A DNA stretch of 63,233 nt, the filler included, from Gonapodya sp. JEL0774 (taxonomy: Eukaryota): the NCBI GenBank assembly GCA_027604505.1. It is 29 parts of 29 records of this genome, joined end to end, with 100 filler letters (N's around TTAATTAATTAA, not from the genome) between each part and the next. Parts side by side here need not be neighbours in the genome. Positions count along the whole stretch, not along the records: positions 37,218 to 39,300 come from JADIIX010002269.1; positions 39,401 to 41,483 come from JADIIX010002270.1; positions 41,584 to 43,662 come from JADIIX010002271.1; positions 43,763 to 45,841 come from JADIIX010002272.1; positions 45,942 to 48,020 come from JADIIX010002273.1; positions 48,121 to 50,199 come from JADIIX010002274.1; 23 more parts are not named here. One strand, written 5' to 3'. Within the stretch, counting starts at the first letter, position 1, and every line of letters begins with the position of its first letter. Positions 37,332 to 50,199 of the stretch are shown one piece after another. A program made the position numbers and the translations under genes. A model generated the notes under the pieces. It was not told where the DNA came from and made no database searches. It saw only the letters and a program-made list of their open reading frames with translations.

Positions 37332-39300
37332 TTAACGTTTCCCGCTACTCTTAGTAGCCCCCTTGTTCTTTTTCGTTTCCCCGAGACGATTGCCCTTTAG
37401 ACGCTCCACGTGCTTTCTGTGTACTGGGAGGCGCAACTCCTTGTCCTCGTCCCAACGGAGCTTCCCCCTTCGGAGTGTTGGTAGAAGACGAGATCCGCTC
37501 TCCACTTTTGCCTCGTCGTCGTTTTGACCAAGGCTCGCAGCTATCAGGCGGATCGTCTTCGTCCCGAACACGTCGCTTTTTGTTGATCGTTTCCCCGCCG
37601 CTTGTACTACGTCAGCTCCGGTCGGGGCTGCGCGTGAGTCTCTCGATGCGTCTGCCTCTTGGCCACCCATTAGCCGCGACTTCCTTTGACGCACCAATTT
37701 TTCCATCCTTGTATCATGAAGTGCCGCCTCGATTGCTCACTCGACATATTCAGTCACGCATTGCCTTGCACAACGACCGACCCTGGTTTCGGGCTCACTC
37801 TTCCTTGTCCTCCCGATTGTCGCGAGCCACCCATTCCAAAGTTCATCCCTCCTCTATTACGAGTACCTCTGTTTGCCCCCTTGCCTTCGGTATTAGCCTG
37901 TGGTCTTCCTTGAAAAGCTCCACGTGAATATGCTTGTTGGGGGGACGTGGAAGGAACTCCCCCACGACCTCGGCCCACAGAATCCTCCCCGCGATCAGTT
38001 TGTGCCATCGATTCTACACCACGCCCGCGTCCACGTCCCGACTGAGATCCAGACTGTTCGGGCAGAATAGGTTGGGCATTTCCTCGGCCTCCCGCTGAAG
38101 CTGGGACTCCTCCACGCAAGTGGCCACTCCAACCCCTTGGAGCAAACCAAACGCCTCTCGGTGATCCGACTCCTGCGCTGTCGGCGGATTGCGATCTCCT
38201 CAACCCGATGACTGTTTCTTCCATTCTCGTGCCGCCCACTCCTGCCTCGATCACATCCCAAAAAATACCTCTTCTCCATCCCTCCAGGATTGCGCCCTTT
38301 CTGGCACCCAAAGTCTCGTACCGCACCATCGCTTCGTGAACGGCCACACCGTCAAAGTATGACCAGGCCTCTAACACACCGAGAGGCCGGTTACACACGT
38401 CGTTGGCCATGCGAGAAGCAAACATACAGCGTTGGAAAATATTAGAGATGTGAATGTGATAGGGGGAAAGTGGTGGTGTTGCGATTGGTTCGCCTGGCGC
38501 AGTTTGGGATCTCACATCGCCACGACCTCCCTTCCAACGCTTCCCACCCGCTTTTGCAATCCCAGTTCCCTTGTACGTTTCAGGCTTGGTTGCTTGAGAC
38601 ACCGCAATCTCAACAATGGCCATCACATGTGCAGCCCGGAAAAAACCTTCCAGTCGGGTATCCCCGCACATGAGCCTCAACGCTGCTGCCACCGCAACCA
38701 GTGTTGGATACGTCCTAAGGGTTCCCAGAATGCCGTGGAAGTCTGGCTGCACGCACATGACGTTGAGGAATGTGGAGAGTCGGAATGGTGGTGAAGATGT
38801 GAGCGACATTGCCAGGGAAGGTAATTGAGCACCACCTGGCAGGGTGAACACAGGGGAGTCCACGGTCGGAGTTCTGGCATGCTTTCCAATCCATTGAACA
38901 ATCTGTCCCGGGTTTGAGGGAGGCACAAAAGCCGGAGAGTCTGAGTCCAGTTCAGCACCCGAGTCGGCGGAAGATTCCGAGACTGATTCACTGCTGTCAG
39001 ATGATCCTGCTTCACTGGACACTCCATCAGTTTCTCTTTCAGAAACTATCAATTTCTCTACGATGTCGTCCGCGAGCTCGTTGAAATCCGTAACAGCTGA
39101 TTCGGACACTGTATGAACGTCCGCGATAGCCCCAGAGACGGGGAGTTCAACAGACAAGTTCGAATCCTCGTCCAACACGCGCAAAGCCATAGCAGCTCGT
39201 CCCGACCCAATCATTGAATCCAAACCGCCCTTTCCGTCCCCCAGAAGTACACCATAGACCTGTCAAGATGCCCACAATTGCATCACACACCACTGGGAAA
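37332..39300 (-). CDS. Asteroid/FAM120-like (PIN/XPG-related) protein, C-terminal half with RGG-rich tail
   Basis: HISNIFQRCMFASRMANDVCNRPL...FDGVAVH resembles the Asteroid C-terminal H..Q....N....P...FDG...H pattern. The PIN domain is not in the window. Confidence 0.5.
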
Positions 39301-39400
39301 NNNNNNNNNNNNNNNNNNNNNNNNNNNNNNNNNNNNNNNNNNNNTTAATTAATTAANNNNNNNNNNNNNNNNNNNNNNNNNNNNNNNNNNNNNNNNNNNN

Positions 39401-41229
39401 CACCCCTGCCAACCACCTTTCCAGCACTCCTTGGCTCAATACTCCGTCCATGGCGACCGCGGCGACGACGGTTCCCAACGGTTCGAGCATACCGTTGAGA
39501 AAGGTGAGACGGAGCGCGCGAGAGGGGGACGAGGTGGCCGTGAGAAGGGGCGAGGCTACGGCGATGCCTTCGGGAATCTGTGGGTGGGAGTGGGGTGTGT
39601 GTGCAGGGAGCAAATTACAGGATATTTGGTACGTCCCGGTTCTGTTCTAGGGTCACGAACGACCACTGCCACCCGCGACCGACCCTCACGTTATGGAGCA
39701 TCATGGCCACGGCGATGGAGACGCCGGTGGAGACGGATTTGCGGGTGGAGAGGTACACTGAGGCGCCTTCGGGCTGGGGGGGGGGGGGCAAGGGGGGTCG
39801 GGGCCCGGGGTGGATGGAGTGAGCGAGAAAAAGGATGAAAGGAAGGAAGGAAGGAAGGAAGGAAGGGAAGGGAAACAAGTCGATGCCCTTTGCACTCCCA
39901 CTCTCCTATTCCCCAGAACACCACTCTACTCCACCCGGCCAACCCCCCCCCCCGCGGAACACGCACCAAGTTATGCAACGCCATGCCTATCCACGTGACC
40001 AGCGAGGTGCGCATGAGGGCGCGGCGGGTGGTGGCGGTCTGGGTCCGTTGGTACCTGGAGTTGTTTCTTTTGGTTCGCGACGACGCGTGCCCGTGCCCGT
40101 TGGTGGTATCCCCTGTCTTGGTCTTGGTGGCGACGATCCCGATCCCGTGAATATCCGCGCCACGCTCGTCAACAGTGTCCACCTGCATGTCCATGCCCGC
40201 GTCGAGTTGATCGTCCCGGTCCATCTCCATCTCCATCTCCCCCCCCTCCCCCGCACTCCACTCCCCCTCCGAGTCCTCGCCAAGGACGAGTCTCTGAATG
40301 GCTTTGCCCCCCCGAGCACGTATGGCGGTGAGAGAGGACCAGAAGGATGCGACGGGGGAGGTGGTGGCAGTGGATGTGGATGTGGTGTGGCGGGACGGGG
40401 AGGGCCGGTGTGGGCGGGCCGAGGGGTGGGATGAGGAGGAGGAGGAGCGGGAGTGGGAAGGGAGGGGGAGGGAGGGGGAGGAGGACTGGGAGGCGGAGGA
40501 GGTGTGGTGGGTGTCAGAGTGGGTGTGAGGGTGGGGATGGGAGTCTTCCGAGAACAGAGTTTCGACGAGGGACACTGGGGGGAGTGGGGGGGAGGTGAAT
40601 TGAAGACGTATTAACGCTGACGTGCAGACGTAGTACGGTGCAGTCCAGCACCGAACCAGAAAGACGCAGGCACAGCACACGGAATACCTACTGAACGCCA
40701 CTCCGCCAAAAAAACACATCATGGTCGTCCTATAAACGAACGGGGGTTAGTGATGCATCAAAAAAAACCCGAATGATCCGTCCGTCGATCCATCCATCCA
40801 CATCGTCCACCACCGCCCACACCACACCCGCCCCAGTGCCCACCTGGGCCCGACCACCTCCCTGGCCTCAGGCACGATATCCATGACGCTGAGGAACAAC
40901 ATGACACCTGCTGCGAATCCCTGGGTCTGTCCGACCAGGGCACTTCTGGCGTGGGCAGAGGTGGCGGAATCAGACGATGTAGTGTTGAAGAAGAGGACGA
41001 TGATGGCACCCAGGAGGGTGCCGAGGCCTGCGAGGAAGGAGAGGAGGAGGGCGGGGCTGCGTTTGTGGAGGGTGGAAGGGGTGGAGGGGTGGAAGGGGTG
41101 GAGGGGTGGAAGGGGAGGATGAGGTGATGTGATGTGAGATGGGGGCACAGGTGATGTGATGTTGAAGTGATGTTGAATTGATACAGACATGAACCCGCCT
41201 CCCTCGGTCGTGGGCGGGGGAGAATTCAT
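39401..41229 (-). CDS. ZIP/ZupT family metal transporter with long His/Ser-rich loop, multi-exon
   Basis: LLLSFLAGLGTLLGA; GFAAGVMLFLSVMDIVPEA; IGMALHNL|PEG; AMMLHN|IPEGIAVASPL; NGMLEPLG. Confidence 0.9.
39839..39873. repeat. (GAAG)n microsatellite in a ZIP intron
   Basis: Direct tandem GGAA units. Other simple repeats: (GT)n near 26839-26859, (GA/GATA)n near 35204-35230, (GAC)n near 56875-56895. Confidence 0.8.
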
Positions 41230-42625
41230 GCGTGGTGTGCGGGTGGTGGGGTGTGGTGTAGGTGGTGTGTGGGTGATCTCACCTGTCGATCACCACCAAC
41301 CACAGGACGGCACAAACCGCACGAACGAATTTCGACTCCCAGACAAAAAAGTGTGAATCCACGGTTTTTCTTGTTTCTTTTTTCTTTGTTGATTTTTCCG
41401 TAATTGACGAATTCAATTCTATTATCTCAAACACCGTTCAAAGCCGCCCGATGCGTCCCACTCCCGTCTCCACTCGACCCGGCNNNNNNNNNNNNNNNNN
41501 NNNNNNNNNNNNNNNNNNNNNNNNNNNTTAATTAATTAANNNNNNNNNNNNNNNNNNNNNNNNNNNNNNNNNNNNNNNNNNNNGAATGGAAGGTGAACCA
41601 TCAATAAGAGAGCGCCGTCATCAAGACGAAGGGAGCGGAGAATTCCGGTCTTCAACTTATAGGAATGATACTTGGCAAAGAAAACTTCCTAAATGTTTGT
41701 CAGAGAATTATGGGGCAACGAGCTTCTCAGGGAGCTTCTCAGGAAAACTCTGAACAGAGAGAGTCGTCTCTTTCGAGAACAAGCAGACACGTTATCCATC
41801 CAATGCGTCGAGAATGCTTCTCGTGTGAGGTCGCATGCGCGCAACACTCTGCTCCCCAGCATACAAATCATTTGCATCGCCTGTTGAACTCATCCACCCC
41901 CTGTGCGTCTGGCGATTCGAGCCACTCTGATAAACCCACACTTGAGCGTTTCCATTACGACAGCGAACATGCGCCTTCTGTGCCCATCCGACCAAGACTG
42001 GGTGTCGTCTCCACCCAGGATCAACGATTGAGGAGTGCCCTTACGCGCACGGCATTTGGTAACAATCGAAGATGCATATGAGTAGAACTCAAGTGTGGAT
42101 CCCGCTGGGGGTTTACTGGATTTTGACGTGAGAGATCGAGATTTAGCCACAGGCGAGGATTTTGTCTTTCCGGATGATCGTTGCTTCGGTTTCTCGATGA
42201 CAGGGTGATTTGAAGACTTCGATTTCGTGGCTACGCTGCGTCGTGTGACCGTGACGATGGGTCGCGCCTTGGTTCGCATTCTGTACCTGCAGTTGGTATG
42301 ATCTGAAAACAAACAGCAGACTGTGTGGATCAACGTGCTCAGATTGACACTGCATTCGGGGTATATCGTATTTAGTGCAGATCTCGCTGCTCAGGAATGG
42401 TCATATGAAGAATCACATTTGACAAGAATAAATAGTGCGTGTGATTGTAAGGTGCAGAACAAGGAAAGAAAATGCAAGAAAAGATAGCACGGTCGACTCC
42501 GCGAAAAACTTATTCACATCAAATTCACATTGGATGTGGTGTTGATACATCGGCCTTGATGTAACGCCCCGCCTCGACGACTACCTGCGTGCGCCACGGA
42601 CGCAGGTTGACCTCAAGCTGACCGT

Positions 42626-43457
42626 CTACCAATTTGCTGATGAACGTGCCCTTCCTTGGTTTGACGGGAGAATCTCAAGCACTCTGGCGGCTGCTTCTAG
42701 CGCCATCGCCACCTCCGATTCAACATCATCAGTCGAGGACGGGGCTGGGGATTGCTCTGGGGGTGATAGACTCGGGACGGACGTGGCCGCCAAACTACTG
42801 GGGTGCATAGGTTGCAAAGGGGTGTGTGGAGGGTTGAGAGCTGATGGAGTGTACTGAGGGTCACCAACAGCGGACGGGGAAGGACTCTGAACATTGTTGA
42901 CGAGGGGAGTTCCACATGTTGCCGAGAGGGAGTTCAGATCTGAACCACCGGCGAACGCTTCGAGAGGCATACTGGCGAGAAGATTGAGTAGATGCGATAG
43001 ATATGCGTCCACAGCAGGTTCGTTTTCAGTCGAAGGTTGGAGGTGGGTCGGTGGTAATTGGGGGATGGTAGAAACATGTTCTAGCCCTACTCCAGGAGGA
43101 GCTCCTTTGAGCATTTGGTTTAATTGGGCGATCTCCCTGTCACGGGAGGCTAGGAGATTTCGAAGTTCGGTAATCTGAGAAGGTGAGGTGGTGAGTTATA
43201 AAATAAAATGGATGCACTGCGGACAGCAGCAGGATACCCAGACCCACCTCGCGGCGTGCGCCCTCCAAATCAGCAAGCTCTGCTGAGCTTTCTGTGCTCT
43301 TTGCTTGGGATGTCGTGGATGGTGAAGATTGATAACACACCGAAGGTAGCGGAAGCGGTGAAGGCGCTGTAGGAAGTAGTGGTCTTGAAGAGAGTGCAAG
43401 GACCGTGGATTCTAGAACAGAGAGCTGGAAGTAGGCAATAATGCGAAGAGTGAACAT
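42626..43457 (-). CDS. Hypothetical coiled-coil/Pro-rich protein, 3' exons
   Basis: ELADLEGARRE|ITELRNLLASRDREIAQLNQML joined by a GT-AG intron; stop at 42626. Confidence 0.45.
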
Positions 43458-43762
43458 TTGCGAAGCTAGAAAAGAGTGAGGGCGTGAATCCCAGTTTTCT
43501 CCTTGGGGGCTGTTTCCATATCTTGGGTCTCTCCATACGAATCAAGCAAAAAGCTTGAAGCGCAGATAAAGAAATGCTGTTTCTCTTCCCCTCCATCACA
43601 CACACCTTCTCTCGTTCCCATTCCCTATCCTTCCGAATCACATCCTTCATCTCTTCCACAACNNNNNNNNNNNNNNNNNNNNNNNNNNNNNNNNNNNNNN
43701 NNNNNNTTAATTAATTAANNNNNNNNNNNNNNNNNNNNNNNNNNNNNNNNNNNNNNNNNNNN

Positions 43763-44374
43763 TTGTGGGCATCGTGGTATCTGGACGTCACCATTGACGA
43801 TCTGGTGGCGGCCGAGACTGAGGTGGAGTTGGAGCAGCTACTGGGACGACGACTGCGAAGGGAGGTGACCCTGAGCGCGACGAAAGCAAAGGCAGCAACC
43901 CATTCATCGACGGCAAGGATCTTCTCTCGCACCCCCGACGTGCATGTGCTTTCAAGGCCGTCCCGTCTCACCGCCGACTCTTTGGATGGCCTTCAAGGAC
44001 TGCGACTGGCGGCGCACAAGGTCTGTGTTGTGTTCGGCTACGTGCGATACGAGTCCAGAGCAACGGCTGCAATCGCACTTGTTAGACTGGCACGTTTGAT
44101 CCGTGCCCGTGGAGTGGTTGAAATGTCCATCATATCGGGATGGCCCGTCTTTGTCGCAGCGGCGGAGATGGCGCAAGTGACGTTTTCTCCCGTCTCTGTG
44201 GTTCGTATTCACTCGAAAGGTTGTCCAAACCCTATCGAGGAGTTCTTTCCGTGGATTATCAAGATATTCCCAGACGTGACTTTTATGACATGCGGTGACG
44301 GTGGAGTGAATCAACGAAAGTTCACCAAATTTTTAGAAGATAAAGAGAGTCGAAGACGAGACCAACAAACTTAA
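43763..44374 (+). CDS. Hypothetical protein, 3' part
   Basis: 203-codon frame open from the contig start; no motif recognised. Confidence 0.45.
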   Translation: MWASWYLDVTIDDLVAAETEVELEQLLGRRLRREVTLSATKAKAATHSSTARIFSRTPDVHVLSRPSRLTADSLDGLQGLRLAAHKVCVVFGYVRYESRATAAIALVRLARLIRARGVVEMSIISGWPVFVAAAEMAQVTFSPVSVVRIHSKGCPNPIEEFFPWIIKIFPDVTFMTCGDGGVNQRKFTKFLEDKESRRRDQQT

Positions 44375-44819
44375 TCTGATAAACTTCGAACAGAGTGTCG
44401 AGCAAGGCATTTATTGTTATTATATACTTTGGTCCTGTGGGGTAGTTTTGCAAGTTCAATCCTTCGCAACCAACAACTAACCTACCTCTCCGAATATACA
44501 CATTTATGTGCTCTTGATAAGAATGGTATGATATGCAACACTTCATGTAGCCGGGTCATGTGCGTCGTTTGTTTCAATCGATATGTATGTGAATCAAATG
44601 GTACGCACACATTGATCTCCCTGTTGAACCCCTCAAAACCCACATACATCTGCTGCGTGAAGCCCACCAAGCAAAGCAAAGTAAAACCCCTACCGCAACA
44701 AACCCCATGTGTTTGGTACGCCATAGAGTCCTCGAAGATCATACTTATACATTCATTTGTTCCAACCCCCCACTCCCCTTGCTAACGCACTCTTCCACCA
44801 TTTCAAGCCACCAACACCC

Positions 44820-45080
44820 TCACCACCCCCTATGATGATGGTGATGTCCGTGATGATGTCCGTGGTGATGATGTCCATGATGGTGGTGTCCGAGCCCCAA
44901 AGCACCCAGGGCGAGTGCAGTTCCCAGCCCGACGCCGAGCGCTGGCGGAGGTGCAGGTGCGACGGGGTGAACACGTTGTTGGTTCACGATGATGGGTGGT
45001 GGGGGCGGGGGTGGAGCGTAGTGGATTTGTTGGACGGGAGGGGGAGGCGGGACGGGGGATGTGGTGCGGGGGTCGGTCTG
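44820..45080 (-). CDS. Last exon of a small Pro-rich protein with a hydrophobic stretch and His-rich C-terminus
   Basis: PPPPPPIIV...ALGVGLGTALALGALGLGHHHHGHHHHGHHHGHHHHHRGW*; CAG acceptor near 45080. Confidence 0.55.
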   Translation of the reverse strand, partial: QTDPRTTSPVPPPPPVQQIHYAPPPPPPPIIVNQQRVHPVAPAPPPALGVGLGTALALGALGLGHHHHGHHHHGHHHGHHHHHRGW

Positions 45081-45941
45081 GTTGGTGGGAGGTGAGGGGC
45101 AGCGGAGTGTCAGAATGTCAGACAGTATTTGTATACGGATATGAAGTGGACGGTGCAGACACAGCGTCCATCGGCTCCCGCCTGTGGTTGTGTGCATGCC
45201 GACAGACGACGTGTGGACGTTCCATTAGTTTGATTCGGCTCCTCTCGCCTGACTCCGTGGTCCGAGTTCCGACCCTTAAATTGATTGGCGTCGGTGTTTC
45301 CTCCTAAGCGGAGTTTCCTCACGACACCAGTTGGAGTGCAGTCATGTCTTGAAAACTACGAATGGGGCCAGGTCTTGTCAGCGAATACTAACCCACGTCG
45401 TGTCTGTTCCAGTATTCCACAGAACCAAACGATAGAGAAGGACGCCGAGTCACACCCGTGAAAGGGAATAAATCAACCCGTTAGTGCTCATGGACATTCC
45501 GCGGGTCAGTGCGACAGTAACTCAAAGGGCCCCGCGGATGCCGCATGAACGTACAAGGAGGATTCGACGTTGTCAAGACGTAGAACCACTGGTTGTGCTT
45601 GGGGTCGAACTGAAAGCAGGAACGCGCGATACCGATGGAATCGGGACCACAATAGTGAGCAGCTGAAGTCCGCGATATCGTGGCCCGGCATGCGGCTCCG
45701 CTCGCATCAGCTCACCTGTTGAATCCATCCTATATCAGATTGAGAGTTTAAGAGGCGAAGGTGGACTCGTCAGTGCAATACAGAGGAACAGACAGCTGTG
45801 GCGGGAGAACAGAGAACCAACCAGATGGAAGTGGAGGTCCCNNNNNNNNNNNNNNNNNNNNNNNNNNNNNNNNNNNNNNNNNNNNTTAATTAATTAANNN
45901 NNNNNNNNNNNNNNNNNNNNNNNNNNNNNNNNNNNNNNNNN

Positions 45942-46829
45942 AGATGCTCACCGCATGGGAAGATGCCTTCCATCCGAGTATCATGATTAAGACCTCTACC
46001 CCACCCATCATTAAACTTTGTGATTACGGTGAGCGTATCGCCTTCCCGCACATCGATTTCATCTGGCTCCGTCACCTCGCGATTGTAAGGATAGATGGCA
46101 GTGACCCGAACGCCAACTGGCACTTCCCGAAGGCTTGAACCTTCGGGTCCTGATGTGGAGTTGCCTGGAAGGTCCTGAATGGGACTGAACACCCCAACGC
46201 CTGCATCTCCGGAGGTAACGTTGTGGTTTCCACTAATGCCAAGACTCGGTGGCTGAAGAGGCTGGCTGGTTGCACCCGCAGTCTCACTTGGAGCAGGTGC
46301 GGACGTGGCCCGCGTAGACAGTGACGCACCAGACGGCGGGCCGGTCTGCTGTTCAACTGAAGTGAGGGATGGTGATGGAACTGGTTGTGGTGCCGGCAGG
46401 ATGAAAGAGTTGGTGGGGAGTACGGAGCTTGCGGGCTGTGAGAGAACTTGCGAGCTCTAGAACAACCATTTATTGAAAATTAAATAGAGCTCAGTTCGCG
46501 TTGCGTTGACAATGAAACCAGGGATCCCGGTGAGTGGACGAAAGTGCTGAATAACGCACCATTGGGCGGGACACCCGAATCGAAAACGGTTCTTCCAAAG
46601 ACAGCATCACCTCCAGATCATCATCATCCTCAAGATCCACGGGCTCATTCCCGCCGTCGACTGTGTAAGTGAATCGTAGTTGCCCTTTTCGAGTCAATCC
46701 GGACAACACAGTCACTTTGCTCGCCAACAGGGCCTGGAACTCGTCGAACGTGTCCGGAATATTTCCGTCCCTGAGCATAAGCATTTTTGTGCCCTCCCAG
46801 TGCTGGATCTTCAGCGTCCTCGGCGCCAT
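45942..46829 (-). CDS. PB1 + SH3 domain protein, 5' part
   Basis: ATG at 46829; LRFTYTVDGGNEPVDLEDDDDLEVML (acidic OPCA-type PB1); intron; S/P linker; VTAIYPYN...DEIDVREGDTLTVITKFNDGWGRG...EGIFP (SH3). Confidence 0.7.
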
Positions 46830-47178
46830 CGTGTTGTGGTGGGTTTCGCTGTGGACGTTCTTGAATGCCCAGGTCACAGCTGCTGAGGCAGGCTGAGCGA
46901 ACAGTTCGGCAGGACACCACAATTCTGATAATGAGACACATGTGCTATGAAAGAAGGTCCTGTCGCTGAAGTAAGTACACAGCAACATTGGTGAACTTGA
47001 CACCCAATGGTCTAACCTATCAGTGATCGGGAACTCTGTCAACAGGGAACATCAATATCAATCAAGCACTATGCTGACTTCTGATGTTATCAATAGTACT
47101 CTCCGAATTTATTAAGTGGGGAGTGACCAATCGATATCCCCGTTCACCATCGCGGGCCTATGCGCATGACATGTTTCA

Positions 47179-47487
47179 ATGTGGTACATTGCAAAATCGC
47201 CAGAGTCGAATCAGATTGTCGCACAATATTACTCTGAGATATCCAACTCCAGCTGTCCACACATCGTTAGCGCTATGAGTTGCTCATCGCACATACGACG
47301 TCAGCCAAAACATTCGGCCTTCCACCCCACATCCCAGGACACCTTACTCACATATCTTGGCACCAAAACACTCATCACATGTGGTTTCGCAGGAAACGTT
47401 TGCGTTCGTGAGTGTTCCTTGGCATGCAACGGCAATGGCCACAACACATCAGAGTCTGTCCGGAAAAAGCTTGACATTTCGCTCTGA
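47179..47487 (+). pseudogene. Isochorismatase/cysteine hydrolase-like fragment
   Basis: KHSAFHPT..DTLLTYLGTKTLITCGFAGNVCVRE matches K..SAF..T.L...L....L...G.....CV. No intact N-terminus found. Confidence 0.4.
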
Positions 47488-48120
47488 CCAGCCACCTTCT
47501 TTCTCGAAACATCGTAGTCTTCACAGCTGCTGCTGCCCACCAGCGTGACTTTGCTCTCCTTGTTCCAGAGGACTGCATGTGTTGCACCTCACCAGAAGAA
47601 CGAAACGCAACGCTGTTGCTACTGGAAAAGAGCCTGGGAGTTAAAACGGGGAAAAGTACAGACATGGATATGGAGGGATTGTGCAAAGACCACGGATGTG
47701 GGGACTCGTTATGTCTTGATCACTCGTAATGATCACAAGCGTCCATGAATGATTCATTGTATAAGTTGTCTACAGATTTCAAATGGGGAAGATCAGCTAA
47801 TAATCGCCCTGCCAGATTCCGAGAAGGCTTTTGTTGGGACAGATAGTGTCCTCAGCGTCGTTTTTGAGTGTAATATGTCAGACATACTTGTTGGATTAAT
47901 CAACATCTTTCAGCCCAATTTGTCCGCGAAATCCGCTGGTAGGTCCCCGTCATGGGTCCGCCATTTGGAATGATCCAGTTGGGTGAAGTCTGGATGCGTT
48001 GCAATTTGCAGAAGGTCTATNNNNNNNNNNNNNNNNNNNNNNNNNNNNNNNNNNNNNNNNNNNNTTAATTAATTAANNNNNNNNNNNNNNNNNNNNNNNN
48101 NNNNNNNNNNNNNNNNNNNN

Positions 48121-49246
48121 AGAAATGGGGCCTGCAATTCGAATACTGAGAAAAGTCCTCTGTATTCTGCTCCTCCTCTACATCGCCATCTACGTCATAT
48201 CCATCCTCAATATCCTCTTCTGCAAAATAAACCCTTGCGTAGAAACCACCACGTCCTCCACCTCCACGACCTCTGTTTCGACCTCTACCACCTCCGCGAC
48301 TAGCTCCTCTCCAGGTTCCATCAGCATGGTTCATTCCACCTCCACGATAACCTCCGCGGTTTGCAGTGCCTCTGTGGTTGTCTGGAACTCCATGTCTCCC
48401 GCCAAATCTAACTTCAGCACCAGGTCTTCCCCAATCACTTCTATTTCCACCAAACCTCGCTTGTATCTGACTCGCCCACTCTGCTGGTGTGGCGCAGTCA
48501 CGACCAAAGTGTCCATATCCGAGACAGCGGTTGCATTGCTCAAATGGTGTTGCGGACCTTCGGTTTCCTCCCATCACTGCCTGTCCCTGATCCACTGCAT
48601 TCACCTCCGCGCCTGTGAGTCGACCACGAATCTCGGCGTCTCGAAGTGCGCTCGTGATTTCGGCAACAGATGGTGGTGTGGAACTGGATGATATGGTGAA
48701 TCGATCGTAAAGATAATCTGAGCGATGTTTCGCCCCTTCCAAGAAAATTCTTGTTTCCTCAGACAGTGAGAGTGTTCCCCCAGTCGCTTGGTACTGGTTT
48801 TTGAGTCTGCTAAATGTGCTGAGATACTCAGTGACCGATCCGTCCATCCGCACATCTTCAAGTGCACGCCTCTTTGCAAACTCCTCTGCCTTCCGATTTC
48901 CATGATACATTGTTTTCAATCGCTCCCATAGTTCTGCTGATGTGTTGCAATCCACAATCGAAAGGAAGAGATCGTCAGATATGATTGAAATCAATGCTGC
49001 CCTTAATCCCCGATCCATCTCGTCCCATTCGTCTTGTTTCTTCTCGATTTCCGCTTTGACTTCTTCGCCCGCTGTTGCTGGTGGGTCCGCAGGCCGTTTT
49101 GCCACCCCTGTGACCATCTTCCACGCCCCCGGGACAGTTTCCATTTGAACCCTTGCAATCCCCATCCATACCAGGTAATTGTCCGCTCCAGTGAGCTTAT
49201 TTGTCACTCTCTTTGCCAGCGCATCGAATCTCCGTCCATCACTCAT
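48121..49246 (-). mobile_element. Ty1/copia gag ORF
   Basis: KLTGADNYLVW; TSAELWERLKTMY; SVTEYL; knuckle CNRCLGYGHFGRDC; RGG tract. Confidence 0.85.
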
Positions 49247-49535
49247 GGTTGGTTGACGTGGTGTGAGTGGGAGGGGTGTGTAGAGTCGCAGCTCGAACTA
49301 CAGTGACCAAAGTAGTAGCGCAAGTCAGTAAGACTTTCAGCTTACGATAACACTAGCATAAGCGCTTGCGACTACACTCAGCGTATTGGATTATATAAGT
49401 AGCTATTTGTGTATTACAGTGACGAAGCTATAAACTACCACTAAAGTATCCTGGTCGGCCGCCAGTGCACGGAACATCAAATAACACACACATTTACAGT
49501 GCGAATACTCTACGAAGTTTGCTTGGACTCCTACC

Positions 49536-50199
49536 ATGACCTCCAAGGAAAGCACGAAGTTCCCTGGCACCAAGCTTCGTCGCGGCGGAGACTTGGACAC
49601 CTGGAATTTGATCTTTGAGACGTTTGCTTATCAGCAAGGCGTGCTTGATCATATTCTGGGCAACTCACCTCGACCCATTTCTTCTGATCCTAGCACTGCC
49701 ACACCAACTGGGGCCGTCACTCGGCCCAGTACGTCGGTTGAACCTGTTACTGGTCCTAGGACAACAGTATTGACGGCGGGTTTAGCAAGCGATGGCGCAG
49801 CAGTAAAAGCATGGCAAGAGAAAGACTTACTCGGACAAGTCTTACTCTTTGCTGCAATTGACTCTGACGTGGTAGCGGCCATTCGACCAGTCCTTCCAGT
49901 GGAACCTGGGAAACGGACGGCGGCACTCATCTACTCGCAAATCATATCAACATTCCGGCCAAACATTGCCAACCAAATAGTCAGCTTACATCGGCAACTC
50001 TCGCGTCAACAGTTGAACTCTGGGGAGAAGGTTGTGGATTACCTGGCGGAAGTGGACAGTATGGTTAGACAATTGTGCGTAAGTGAAGGTGGGGTTTACA
50101 CGGTTGGAGAGGTTATGAAATGGGTTGGAGCTGGGTTACCATCAACATATGATGCCAAGATGGACATCATTATGGACTTGCAGGCGCGTGGACTACTCA
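49536..50199 (+). mobile_element. Second, divergent Ty1/copia gag ORF
   Basis: KL...DTW...GVLDHILGNSPRP; AWQEKD; TAALIYSQI; GEKVVDYLAEV; GLPSTYD (UBN2-like gag pattern). Confidence 0.8.
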
